This document shows positions 1 to 12,879 of a DNA stretch of 64,000 bases, piece by piece (the first letter of the stretch is position 1; each line of letters opens with the position of its first letter). Under the pieces are notes generated by a model. That model saw nothing but the letters and a program-made list of their open reading frames with translations. It did no database searches and had not been told where the DNA came from. Source of the stretch: Callorhinchus milii (Eukaryota); the NCBI RefSeq assembly GCF_018977255.1, contig NW_024704805.1:1-64000 (forward strand), read 5' to 3'. A program made the translations under genes and the position numbers.

Positions 1-2550
1 GTTCGTGTTGGTCGTGGAAAATGTTAATGAATCCCAGGCGAATGAGTGAAAGTTACAAAAGAAAGTCATTTTTGATTGTAACAAGTATCGAGGGCCATGT
101 GAGAGCAATGTTAAACCAATTTGAGTGAATATGGTAACCATTCGTACTAATGTGTTAATGCGCCACTGATCGGCAGAAGAGGCCTAATATGTGTGATTAA
201 GTATTTGTTGCACTTACTCAGATGAGTTCGCTCTGGTGGGTAGACATGTGGGCTATAAACCCGACACATATGTGAGCACATTGGCTTCTGAGGTTTAAAT
301 CCCACAGAGCTTTGATCCACAGTGTTTGAGAGGCGTTTAATTATAGCCTAGAAATGCTCGTGTATATACTGTTTGCTGTTACATATTTGTTCTTTGCTGT
401 TACATTTTGGGCATCATTTGACAAAATTCTAACTGCAATAATAGTGGGTTCATATTAGTGGACCTAATGTGGTATTTGGCCGTTATTTACTTCAAACGCA
501 CAGCCATGTCCTCCTGCAAAGCGCATGAAAGTTTGTGGTGTAGTCCGTGTCGAATATAAAATGTTCTTTATCTCTCTGTATGATCTGCCTCAGCAGCTTC
601 CCCTGCAGTAGTCTTCGTCCGCCAACCTCCCCTCCGAACCCCACTGCTCCAACCCGCTATCCCCCGTCTCTTTTTATCTCTCTTTCACACACAAAAACAC
701 AGCTGATTTAAAGCAGGAAACAATGATATCGGCCTCCAGTACAAATGTATTAATTAGGCCGGGAATTATATCAATTTCCACATCCACATCCGTCACTAAA
801 GCACTAGCAGCTCCATGTTAATGCTAATATAATCTGTCGCTTTGCCTTTCGCTGCACACACACACACACATACACACATGTTTTATGGCAGGAAACAAGC
901 AGCAGCTCAGATGTTATCTGACAGAAGTTTCAAGTGTAACGCTTTAAAACCAAAGTGGCATCACAGAGCCTTAGCAATGTATAGCTCAGAAGAAAATCAT
1001 TTATAATGTGTGTGACCAAATGATATTACACTTATTGTCATGAGGTAGTTCTGGTGGGCAGAGATGTCGGGTATGAAGACAACTCACATGTCAGCACATT
1101 GGCCTCTGAGGATTAGATCCCATAGTGACTTGTTCCTACAGCGTTCTAGAGACCTGTAATTACAGCACAGAAACGCTCAGGATGATCGGTTTGTTGTTAC
1201 ATAGTTTATTGTTTGCTGTTGCAATTACTGGTGTCATTGTTCACAATTCTAATATTAATAATATTTACGTAACTTGATCTGATGTGTTAGATTGGCCATT
1301 ATTTACTTCGACTTCACATCCACGTCCCGCTGCAAAGCACCAGGAAGTCTGTGGTGCAGTTCGTGTCGACTAACTTAATGTTTATCTCTCTGTATGATCT
1401 GCCTCTGCAGATTCCGCTGCCAGTCCTCCTCGTTAACTTCAACCTACCACCCTCAACCCCACTCAACACCCCATACAGCCCCGCAACTCTCTCTATCTAT
1501 CTCTCTCCCTCTCACACACACACAGATAAACACACATACACATATTCAAACACAGTGGACTTAACGAAAGAAAAATACCGGTTGCTGAGATGTTATCGGG
1601 AACAGTTGCAAGTGTGAATCTTCAGTCCTCAAAGATGTATCACAGTGTCTTAGAAATTATAGCACAGAAGAAAGACATTTGTTGGATGTATCTTTGGAAA
1701 TAAAACGTGCTTAGTCTAATTCACCTGCCTTTCCTTGTACCACTTGGGATTATTTCTAATTCACAAAGGAGAGACAAGATTAAACTGATGCTGACCGCAG
1801 TAGTTTTGAGTACGGAGTGTGGGGTTGACAGAGAGAGTGAGGTTAAACATAGCAGAGCACACGGGCTGTGAGCACAGTGGAGTGAACACACGGGTTGGAG
1901 TGCTGGGGTGGGGGTTTGGCAGAGAGCCAGCCACTCTCTCTGGCTCTGTCACTCTCCGTCTCTCTTAGGCTGTCTATATGTAACTGTCTGTGTGTCTCTG
2001 CGCCGTTTGTGTTTGTGCGTGTGTGTCTGTCTATTTACTGCTCTGTCTCTGTTTGTCTGTGTATTTGACTGTTTGTTTCATTGGTCGACTGTCCATATGT
2101 GTGTATGTTTTTGTGCCTGTCTCTTTGTCTGTGTATGTCTGTGTGTCTGTCCAGATATCGATGTGCGTGTGTCTGTGTGTGTGTGTGTGTGCGTGTGGCT
2201 GCGTAAATGTCTGCTTATCTAAATGCGTATTTTTCTGTGCGTATGCTCTCATTATTCATCTGAAGTATAACTGCTTGAAGGGTTGTGTACTAAAGTTTTG
2301 ATGATAAAATGTTGTGCAGTCTGCCTTCTCAGGTTGATATTGAAAATCTCACTGTATCGTTGCCGAAAATCCCGCAAATAAAATAGGTTATTCAGCGTTT
2401 GTGGGGCACTGCCTTACGGAATTAGCTCTTGTTTTTCAATCATAAACTATATTTAATCCACTACGGCCAATCTTGTTAAGCGATTTGGGATAGCTTGATG
2501 ACGTGAAACTGTTTCTTTCAAATGCAAAGATTATTAATAAGTAGCCTGTG

Positions 2551-2887
2551 TAATAATTATTATAATAATAATAATCCTTGCATTTGATATAGCGCTTTTC
2601 ACGTTGGGAGGACGTACCAAAGCGCTTCATAGAATATACTGTGAAGTGAATTGACTGTATTTTTGTGGGTGAACGCGGCAGCGAATTTCGCACAGTAATG
2701 TCCCACAAACAGTCGTAGATTGAAAATGACCAGTCATTTTTTGTTTTTTGGGTTTGGGTTTTGGAGGGATTGTTATTAGGCTCTGTGTGGAGTAAGGAAA
2801 CGTGCCCAAGGTTTCGCCCTCTGCCTGGAATTGAACTCGGGTGTCTCAATTGCAAAGCGAGTGCTCAAACCACTGAGCTACAGACTC
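2551..2887 (-). mobile_element. tRNA-derived SINE, full-length copy (family abundant across the window)
   Basis: Minus strand has an A-box (TAGCTCAGTGG) and B-box (GTTCAATTCC) head, a conserved body, and tail GAAGCGCTTTGGTACGTCCTCCCAACGTGAAAAGCGCTATATCAAATGCAAG followed by (ATT)n. Confidence 0.8.
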
Positions 2888-3014
2888 AACTAATTGTCAT
2901 TATCGTTGATAATTGACCGTTCTAATTATTGATATCCTTAATAATATGAATACATGACAATGAATGTTAATGTGCTGGTGTTAGATCACGTTTGTTTTTG
3001 TTTCAGATGTGACG

Positions 3015-3200
3015 TTGAGAATGGTTGAATGTTCGGTACTACCAGTGGTGAGCACTCACCCCTTTATTGGCCTTCAGCCAAACTCAGGCCCTGTGTCAGC
3101 CCAACTCAGTCCGGCCCTGTGTCAGCTTAGCTCAGCCCTGTGTCAGCCCAGCTCTTCCCTGCTCAGACAAGCTCAGCCCCTTGTCAGCCCAGTTTAGCTC
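3015..3200 (+). repeat. Short degenerate tandem repeat (CTCAGCCCTGTGTCAGCC-like units)
   Basis: Repeated CAGCCC/GTCAGC units from about 3070 to 3200. Confidence 0.6.
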
Positions 3201-5258
3201 TGCGTCTGCCTACGTCTACGTCAGCGTTGTGTGTGTGTTTGTGTGTGTGTGATTATGACTGTGTGTGTCTTTGTGTTCCATTTGTGTGTCTCTGTTTGTG
3301 GCTGTGCATGCTGTGTCTGTGTGTTTGTGCTAATGTATTTCCGTACCCTATCACATCGGGAGGACTTCCCAAGGCAATTTGACAATCAACGACTTGGACC
3401 AAAGCTGGCGGTTGGATCCAAGAGGGTGATGGGCAGAATCGGAAGGGATAGGAATGTGGCCCAAGGAATGATCTAAAGGGAGGATTTTCAGAATGGCTTT
3501 GGAGGCAAGGGAGGAAGCGAGACAAAGTAACTGAATGAAAGTGTTCTTAAGGGTTGGGACATAGTGGCTGCAACACCGACTGCACTCACACACAACCAAA
3601 GTCACACACAAACCCACACACTCACATACACACAAAAATACACACACACACGCGCTCACACTGGCTCTTTTGTACAGGGTCTCCCAGGGTTTGTTCATAT
3701 GTTTCCCCATGACCGTCCACCCATGTGCTAATTTTTGGCCTGTTTGCAGGACGTTGATATCACCGACGCCAAAGGGACTTTAGATGCCGCAGCCGGTGCG
3801 GATGATGGACCAGTCAACTCCACGCTCAGAGCGTAGCGAAGTGGTCAGTAACCATGAGCTGTACTCTCTCCTCTCTGCGTCTCCTCGCCATTACCTGTGG
3901 TGAATACCAGCGTAAGAGAGTGAGAGAGAGAGAGAATAGCCGTATGTTTGTCTTGATCATAAGTAAAACTTTCTTTGTCACAGCGGCAGCTGTGTTTTGT
4001 AGAATGTAATAAATGATTTAGCTCTCTTCTCGTCTTCTGCACAACAGGACACGCTTGTGAATTGAATTGATTGATTATATGTGGGCCAAATTGTGCACAG
4101 CACAGTAATGTAAACAGTGATCCTTTTAATATTATATTTTCGAGGATTATTATCAGCCTTGTGCAGGAAGCAAACTTGCCCAAAGTTTCCTCTGCTGGGC
4201 AAGCGAATCCAGGATTCTCGCTTGTCGTCGCGAGTGACCCGGTGCTGCAGGACTCCGGATGTGTTAGAGGTTGATGTAATGGTCTGTGTTTTTTAATCAG
4301 AATCGGCTGATGGGAACGTACCTAAGCGATTCCTAAATCAAAGCCAATATATTGATCCGATTAACCCACTAGAGTGAACTTTACTAATCTGTGATCAACT
4401 TTAATTTGACAACTAACCTGTCGTCAGCATTCGTTTGATTTGATGAAGTGTATAAATTTGATGATATATAAGATTTCAAACCTTTTATTAAATTTTACTA
4501 CTTGCATGGAAATGTGTGTCAGTTCATACTTCACAAACTAAATAACGCTTAAATGTGTCGGTTCTCAGTGTTTAAACAACGTAAAAACAGCTATCATTTT
4601 GGGAACGAATAGAGTCCATCCTGATGATAAATAAAGGGACAACAATAATAAAGGCTCTTTATAGCCCCTCTGGACACCGAGACTGCGTTCATTCACACCT
4701 GGTCGCCATAATGTTAGCGTTGAGCTGGTTACCATGGTGTTCGTGCTGAGCTGGTCATTGCGTCCCTCACGCAGTTTAGTGCCCAATAGAGTCGGGTTTA
4801 GGGGGAATCAAAGGCTATTGCCTCCTTAATTCATGCGTGTTATAAGCCAAGGATTATTAGCCTTTGAAAACATAAAGAGCGATTTATTGTCTGAAACACT
4901 TTCAAGCTCTAAACTGTGTGCCGAACATGGTTGCCGGTGTCCTCTCCACACTGGGAATCCAGGTGAGAGACAGCGGTTTGAGTAGAAGCACAAAGCCAAT
5001 ATCATTGTGCTGAAGTAACTTGAATTCAGCAGATCTTTTGTTACATCGAACTACATATTAGAGATACAAATAACAAAAGGCACTGGAGATCAACTGAACA
5101 TTGTGATTATTTCATGTAATGTTGTTATCAACTGATTTTGCCTGATTTTTAACACAGAAAAGCACCAGCTGTTGATCGAACTCTTTATTCAAATATTGCC
5201 ATATCATGAAATGAAAGGACAGAAAGCCTGATCCCAGCTGAAATCGTTTTCTAGCCAT

Positions 5259-7100
5259 CAACAACAAGAAGTAAAAGATTACATATATAGAGCGCCTTTC
5301 ACATCGGGAGGACGTCCCAAAGCGCTGTCGTGGTCACAGCATGGGGGCGGTGTAGCGGAGGGGTGAGGGAAGGCAGAGAGATAGGAGGGAGAACAAAAGC
5401 ATGGTCGAAGAGAAGGGAATCGATGCAAAGAAGGAAGCGAGGATGGACCTTGGGATGCAATCCCAGAGCGAGGAGCCAGAGAGGCTGAAAGCCCGGCCAC
5501 TGATGGTAGGGCGGGTCGGCCGGGAGACAAGGAGCAGGCCTCAGGCTGATGAATGAAGTAAGTGGGCGGGTTGGTAGGGAGTCAGAAGGTTATAGAGTTA
5601 GGAGGGGGCAAGGCCATGGATAGCCTTGAAGGTGAGGACGAGAATGCTGAACTCCACCCTCTGGGGGACGGGATTCCAATGTAGTGACGGTGGGAGTGAT
5701 TGAGTCACGTAGCCTGGTGCGTGAGAGTACACGAGCAGCAGAGTTTTGGATGATCTGCAGCTTGTAAGGGGAAGAGATGGGAAAGCCGATGAACAGCGAG
5801 TTCCCATAATCAAGCCTTGAGGTAACGACTGCACGGGTGAGGGTTTCGGCAGCCTGAGGGGTGAGGCAGTGGCTGAGTCTGGAAATATTGCGGAGCTGGT
5901 GGTAGGCAATGCCGGTCATGGCGCGGATGTGGGGATGGTAGGACAATTCAGAGTCAAACAAGATATCCAGGTTCCTGACTGGCTTAGTGGGGTTGAGTGT
6001 GCAGCCGTGGAGGCTGTTGCTGGCAGCGCCTGAAGTGCGATCCAAACAAGAGGGCCTCGGTGTTGCTAACGTTGAAGTGGAGAAAGTTGTACCTCATCCA
6101 GTCGGTCAGGACGCCAGTAGTCCTGGAGTTCACGGTGGAAGCACAGAGGTAGAGTAGGTGTCATCTGCATGCATGTGGAAATTTACCTCATATCTGCGCA
6201 TGACGTCGCCAAGGAGGAACATGCAGAGGCTGAAGAGGAGGGGACAGAGCCTTCAGGAACACCGCACGATACGATGAGGGAGCTGGAGGAGAAGCCGTTT
6301 GCAGAGACGGAGTGGAGACGCTGCGAAAGTTAGGACCTGAACCAGTCAATACAGATCTTTGAAAGTTGAGGTGGGAGAGGCTGTGGTTGAGGATTGAATT
6401 TTCCACAGTGTCAAAGGCAGCGGAGAGGTCGAGGATGACAATCGGCAGAGGGAGCCCTGGTCGTATATGGTCAGGATGACATTTGTGACATTGACCAGGG
6501 CTGCTTATGTGCTGTGGAATACGATTGGAGGGGCTTATGAAGCGAGTGGGAGTAGAGGAAATATCGAAGCGGGTGGCGACGACTCTCTCAAGCACCTTAG
6601 TCAGAAAAGTGTGATCGGAGTTGTGGCGGTAACTGGATAGCTATCAAGGAAAGGTTTTTTAATGTAGGGGTGACAGTGTTGTTTTGAGGGTATAAGGAAC
6701 AGTGCCAGACGGCAGGGAGAACGTGCGCAATACAGGCGTCCGGTACAACGCTCAGCTGTCCTTCCACTCCACATCCGTTGCTGAATCAGGACAGCTTTCC
6801 ACCACGTCCACCACGTTGTCTGCCTCCAAACGGAATTTGCCTTAAATGATGCCGAATCACTTGCATGCGTTTTACACCTCCTGCCTGAGTTACTCAAGTT
6901 CACCAGTGATCTTGATGATCTTGTGCAGGGAACTGTTGGAAAGACCGAGAAGCAGCGAGATGACACAGTTGAGACTAGATGTGAGGAAGGCACGTTTTAC
7001 GTGTGAGCTCCGCTATCATAAGCAGTGTCCTGGAAAAATGCGGAGCTCTCTGGGTGCGACACCAGATTTTTGAAACCTCAGCATGTCCAAGGACGCTACG
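5259..7100 (-). mobile_element. Degenerate 5'-truncated L2/CR1-clade LINE (reverse transcriptase and 3' UTR)
   Basis: Frameshifted ORF pieces match L2 RT (LERVVA, ILDLSAAFDTV, RNLDILFDSELS, VTSRLDYGNSL, LQIIQNSAAR). The 3' tail matches the plus-strand copy at 9600-9660. The 5' boundary is approximate. Confidence 0.85.
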
Positions 7101-8169
7101 GAATTTAATAGCATTATCCAACGTAAGCCATTTAGGCATTGCATGCGTCTTAATCCAAGCAAATGTAATGAAAAGTTACAAAGTGTACAAGAGCCGCTTA
7201 ATTAACGTCCTCGTGTGAAGGCCTCTGGTAAAGACATGCGTCTTCTGTGAAGACATTTCTACTGTAGGTTGCTCTTCCACACAGTTAGCAGATTGTCCAG
7301 CGACGCCTCCCTCCCTCCCTCTCTCTCACGCTCTCTCTCTCTCACTCACTCTCTTTCCTCACTTCCCTGTTTTCCACAATTTCACATCACTGCTTCATCT
7401 TGGATTTCACCAATATGTACATTTGCTGCGTTCTCACACAAGCCAGTAAGAATTGCCTTGCCGTATTTACTTGTTAGTCCCTCACAAAAGTACATCAATC
7501 ACCAAACTCTGCTATCAACATTCAATTTTTAATGAAAACAGTCTCAATTTCTCCAATCTACCCATAAATGTAGCTGCATTTCCCCAGCATCATTGGCTGT
7601 TCATTGCAACCAAATAATTTAAATCCTGCAATACCATGACATATTTCTTTTGATCAGTGGTCTTCCGGGCCAGGCGATAACCTGGGTCTTTGTTAATATG
7701 ACGTCCATTGGTTACATGCCATATTTGTGAGGTTTATTTTGATTACCTCAAGACAATTTTGACAACCCTCTGTCATCCTCTCTTGCATTATCTTCAATGG
7801 CGTCTGAGATCTGAAGTTATACTGAAACTATACAAGTATTCTATTTGGCATTTTTAAATGTCACGAAATTCATAGATTCAGTCACTTCTTGGACATTTGA
7901 TTTACGTGATTGTTGGCGGCGAAACTCGTAAATTGCAAATCTGTGTGCATTTGGATGCCGGATTTGACCCACAAAATATACAGTAAATTTACGTTTCAGA
8001 TTATCATGTGAACCGCTTTGAGACCTCACAACAACGACTTAAGGCGCTTCATCGAATGCAAGCATTTTTATTGTTTATTATTAGCAATATTATTATTAAT
8101 GAGGGCTGGGTGACAAACACATATGCAATGGTTTTATGGTTGTCTTTCAGAAACATAATATGTCTGTGC

Positions 8170-9662
8170 CTGCTTGTTCCTTTCCTTTCATTGAAAGAGT
8201 TGTCGCCAACCAACTGCGCTCTTTCCTTTCAACCCATTCACTTTTCGAAACCCTTCAGTCAGGTTTCCGTGCTGCCCATAGCACAGAAACTGCCCTGGTC
8301 AAGGTCACCAATGATATCCTGACCATGTGTGACCAGTGCTCCCTCTGCCTCCTCGTTCTCCTCGACCAATCGGCAGCATTCGATACGGTCGACCACGCTA
8401 TCCTCGTCCACCGCTTGTCCTCCCACCTCAACCTTCAAGGCCCTGTCCTTGAGTGGTTTAGGTCGTACCTTTCTTACCGTCTTCACTTTGTCTCGTCAAA
8501 TGGCTTCTCCTCCACACCCCGCACTGCCTCATGTGGTGTCCCTCAGGGCTCTATCATCGGTCCCCTCCTCTTCACCCTCTATATGCTCCCCCTCGGTGAC
8601 ATCATCCGCAGACATGGAGTTAACTTCCACATGTTTGCGGATGACACCCAACTCTACCTTTCATCCTCTACTCTCAACTCCACGACCACCCATGACCTGA
8701 CAGCCTGCCTGTCTGACATCGAGTCTTGGACGAGAGACAACTTTCTTCAGCTCAACGTGCGAAAAACCGAGGTCCTCCTGATTGGCTCGCGTCAGCGCCT
8801 CCGCACCTCAGGCGCCGACACCATCAGCATCCAAGGCTGCACTCTCCACCTCTCAAAGCCAGCCAGGAACCTTGGCGTTTTGTTCGACCCTGAGCTGTCC
8901 TTTCTCCCTCACATCCGCACCACAACTGGCACCGCCTTCCATCACCTCCGCAACATCGCCAGACTAAGGCATTACCTCACCCCTCACGATGCTGAAACAC
9001 TGGTTCACGCCTTTGTCACCTCAAGGCTGGACTATGGGAACTCTCTCCTCGCCGGCCTTCCCGCCACCTCCCGCCACAAGCTGCAGGTCATTCAGAACTC
9101 TGCAGCTCGTGTACTGTCCCGCACCCACATCACTCCCACCCTCGCTCGCCTCCACTGGCTCCCCATCCCCCAGAGGATTGATTTCAAGATCCTCATCCTC
9201 ACCTACAAGGCCATTCACGGCCTTGCTCCCTCCTACCTCTGCGACCTACTATCCCCCTACCTACCTGCCCGTACCCTCCGTTCCTCTGGCTCCGGTCTGC
9301 TCCACGTCGCCCGCCCCAACCGCCCTACCATCGGTGGTCGGGCCTTCAGCCTCTCAGCCCCCAGGCTCTGGAATTCCATCCCCCAGTGCCTTCGCCGCTT
9401 CCTCCCTTTCCTCCTTCAAGGCCGGTCTCAAAACCTTTCTCTTTGACCGTGCCTTCAGCTCCCCTCTCGACTCTCTTCCACCTCCTCGCTCCCTCCCTTC
9501 CCTCCCCTCACCCTGACCATTTGCCCCTCCTCGCTCCCTCCCTTCCCTCCCCTCTCCCTGACCATTTCACCCCTGCTGGGGTCATGACCCAACTGTGCAG
9601 CGCCTTGGGACGTCCTCCTGACGTGAAAGGCGCTTTATAAATGGAATCTTTTTGTTGTTGTT
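8170..9662 (+). mobile_element. 5'-truncated L2-clade LINE, long RT ORF (8136-9446) plus 3' UTR
   Basis: RT motifs LLDQSAAFDTVDH, GVPQGSIIGPLLF, FADD (8634-8645), TSRLDYGNSLL and LHWLPI; C-terminal frameshift near 9400; ends in a (TTG)n tail. Confidence 0.92.
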
Positions 9663-10393
9663 GTAATACGACCAACTTGTTTAATGCAGGGGTTACTGTC
9701 TCGGAGAATGATCCGTCAGTCGACTAACAAAAGGGTTCGTACTCACAGCTAAGAAAACAGAAGTGTTTGTGGATTGAGGACACTTGTCCAACATTTCTCC
9801 CAGTCTGGGATTCGATCCCAGGTCTTCTCGCTTGCGAATCGAGTTATCTAACCACTGAGGCACTGGACTCCACTGACAGTAAAATATCACTTAAAGGATT
9901 CTCCTTGTGAATATAAGTGACATATGTTCTTTAATTATTGACACTTGGTTCATATTATCATTTTACTGACCATAATCCTAAAGAATGTTGATGTTCCTCT
10001 CTCACTCTAAAAAAGAAACTGTTGATTGCGACGATTTAACTACGAAATACAATGAAATTTACATCGTAATCTCTGAAGCGCTTTTTGACGTCTCAACTAA
10101 GTGATACGCCACGACATCAAGCAGATGGACTATCACATTTTTATTACGTTTTTATTACCGTAATTATTAACATCTGTAACAAGCTAATCATCTAAATTCC
10201 GTCAAAGATGTATCCCTATCTAATATCTGTTGATGAAAAATAAACAAATATACACCGAATAAAGTTTCACATATTTTAAATGACTTGATATGAGTTCAGT
10301 AAGGTGTAAGGCACAGTGGCAGTTGGAAAGGGTTTGCTTACACTCTCTGTCACTAGCTGCACTGTACTGTTTCCCAGCTTTGGTTGTGATGAG

Positions 10394-10432
10394 GGTTATT
10401 GTACGAGGCTTCCTATGATGTGTATCACTGTG
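10394..10432 (-). other. 23-spacer recombination signal sequence (RSS) of supporting V1
   Basis: CACAGTG (10426-10432), 23 nt, ACAATAACC (10394-10402). Confidence 0.93.
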
Positions 10433-10734
10433 GTGCAGACTGAGTGCACAGTGATACATAGCGGAGTCTGTCAGCCGCAGGCCGGCGATGGTTAAAATGC
10501 TGATTTTCTTGGCAGTGTCAAGAGAAGCAGAAATATTATTATCGTTGGGGTTTCCTTCCTCTCCTGAGGTTTTTCTGTCGAGCAGGTATTTCAGTCCATC
10601 GCCAGGGGACTGACGGTACCAGGAGACGCTGAAATCCTGTCCACAGAATCCTGAATATTGGCAATTTAAATTTATCCTCTCACCAGCAAAAGCAGTTTGT
10701 TGAGGCGGTGACTGGGAAACTGTATAACTGGATC
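10433..10734 (-). CDS. Supporting TCR-delta V exon of NAR-TCR cassette 1
   Basis: Acceptor cccgcag|GA. Translation SSYTVSQSPPQQTAFAGERINLNCQYSGFCGQDFSVSWYRQSPG...DSAMYHCALSLH has the first Cys, Trp, second Cys and an extra CDR1 Cys. No hydrophobic leader exon found upstream; the NAR-type J donor at 12880 is in matching phase. Confidence 0.92.
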
Positions 10735-10829
10735 CTGCGGGAAGCAAATTGCAGGTTACTTAGAATCATGGAATTATGGAAATTTGCAGCACATAAGGAG
10801 GACATTCGGCCCTTCTTGTCTTTATCGGC

Positions 10830-11260
10830 TCTTTGAAATGAGCTATTCAATTGAATCCCACTCCCCCGCTCTTGTCACATAACACTGTATCATTCCTTCC
10901 GATGCATTTATCCCATTGCCTTCCGAAATTTATTATCGAATCTGTTTCCGCCACTCTTTCAGGCAGTGCATTGCAGTCAGAAGTAATTATCATTTGAATT
11001 AAAATCTCCTCCTCTCCCATCTGATCCTTTGACCATTCATCTTAAACTTCTGTTTCGTGGTTACTGACCCATTTGAGTAAGGAAACTGTTTCTCATTATC
11101 TACTCCATAAAAAACTCTCACAAGTTTCAACACTGGCATTAGTTCACCAGTAAATCTTCGATTCTATGAGGAGAACATTTTCATGCACTTTTGCCTTCAT
11201 ACACATGAATCCTCTCTTCCCAGGAATCATTCTGGTAAATCGCCTTTTCTCCCTGCACAA
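10830..11260 (-). mobile_element. CR1-like LINE 3' fragment in the J-to-supporting-V intron (copies near 54100-54550 and 58630-59060)
   Basis: Peptide KRRFTRMIPGKRGF resembles the CR1 ORF2 C-terminus (QRRFTRMIPG); degenerate. Confidence 0.55.
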
Positions 11261-12879
11261 GGCCTGGAAATTCTTTATACTAAATGTTAGAATGCTTTTA
11301 ATAACAATGATAGAAAGAGCAGATGATTGCATGAAAATGGGTAGCTCTTGAAAGTGCAGACACACTATGTCTGTGACAACATATATGATGTGTATTAAAT
11401 GTATCATTTTATTTCAGCTTTGTTTGTCTAATCATATATTTGTTTGCTCAGATGAAGCCCACATTGAGTGTATCGGTGTCTGTGATCATGGAAATGTTTA
11501 GCAGAGAACCAGGTGTCAGTATGTACCGTTAACTCAGCGAGTTTACAGTTGAGGCAAATGGAAAGTTTCCTGCTGTAAATGTCGTTTCTTTAACATCGCT
11601 GCTGGATAAGATTTAATCTCTGGTTTGTTGCCAATATTCAGTTGCTCTCAGTCTGTGACCTGCTCATTTCAGTTCCACTTGTGCCATTAGTCAATTGTTT
11701 TGTATATGTCACTCCCTTTCTCTCTTTCTCTCTCTCGCTCTCTTTATCTCTCTCTTTCTTTATTTCGTTCTTTCTTTCTTCTTTTCTTTCTTTCTTTCTT
11801 CCCATCTTTTTATCTTTTATCTTTCTGTCGTTCTTTCAGTGGAATTTGTTTCGTTCACGAACCGGCTCAATGCATTTGTTTCGAATGCTCTCCAGATGGA
11901 AAAATGCACTATGTAAACGCAAGTTATACTTCTTAGCGCCAGGATACCATTTACACTGTACATCAGCAATTTTGAACTAGCGAGAGAATAAACAGAAACA
12001 ACTCACCTCTTGTGCACTGTGTACTTTCTGTCTCCGAATATGTTGGCAACACAGGATACATTTCTTAATATATGAGTAAAAATGATATGGGGAAAGGGAC
12101 TGAATGTTAGCTCTTCAAAATGTCGGAATGGCCCCATTCTTTGCTGTAATAATTAACGATGGTATGTTTATACTTTGCCCAAGTGGGTCAGAAGCCATCA
12201 ATATTAAAATTAACCAAATCGTGAATTCTGCGCCAAAATGATATTGCGCCTGCATCAAATATTCACACGTTGTTCAACACAGGAAAGCGTCCTGCCACGC
12301 TTTTATGAAAAAGATTGTCTGACTAACTAATCCGCTCCATGTCCTGTTCAGCTTGAAAAGTCCTACCCATTATGGTACTTTTCCCAGCAGGTCTAATGGG
12401 AGCAGAATGGTGAAGGAAGCTAACCTCAGTTATTGATCTGTCTTTCCAACTCATGTCACATTGGAGCCAATTCAGCTCCGATGAGAACGCCTTCTCCTTC
12501 CCCTCTAGAGGACAGAGGAGATTAGGGACAACATTTCTATCTGACAAAGGCTACATATATTGATTACCCGAATTTACACGGAATAGGTCCTCTGCGCATA
12601 GCCCTTTGCAATTACTGTCCAGAAAATGTCAGTGATTTTACGAAACAAAGAAATAAAAGTAGGTCAATTGAGAACATACGCTTCGTAGTGGAAACAGAAT
12701 AATCTTTTCCACATCAAAAACATAGAGATTTTCACGATTGATCAAGTGGATTGCTTCAATAGAACAGATGCAAATAGCAAGGTTGCAGATAATTGGGAGC
12801 AACTAGTTCGAATAATACGTTTTACAAAAGCAGGTTAATAAAGTTACGTTTTAAGTCAATGACATTTATCCTCACTCAC

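Noticed and set aside
1908-2301. Cys/Val-rich and His/Thr-rich ORFs (also 3140-3710, 42805-43563, 35877-36200)
   Set aside because: Translations of (GT)n, (GACA)n and (GA)n microsatellites, not genes.
2333-2386. Additional plus-strand exon upstream of 3007
   Set aside because: The required phase gives an immediate stop.
1-10390. TCR-delta D/J or C exons downstream of the V array
   Set aside because: No FGxG J with a 12-RSS and no C1-set exon found by eye.
11144-11407. ORF MIHLIHIIYVV... as a leader for the supporting V
   Set aside because: No phase-1 donor after the hydrophobic stretch; the C-terminal part is a CR1 LINE remnant.
12007-12056. Second J segment (NIFGDRKYTVHK after CACAGGA)
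   Set aside because: No nonamer at 12 or 22/23 spacing, the donor is phase 2 in that frame, and copy 2 has a stop in it. Kept only as the cryptic exon or leader finding.
12768-12775. Octamer ATGCAAAT in the J intron
   Set aside because: About two hits are expected by chance in 64 kb, and it is mutated in cassette 2.
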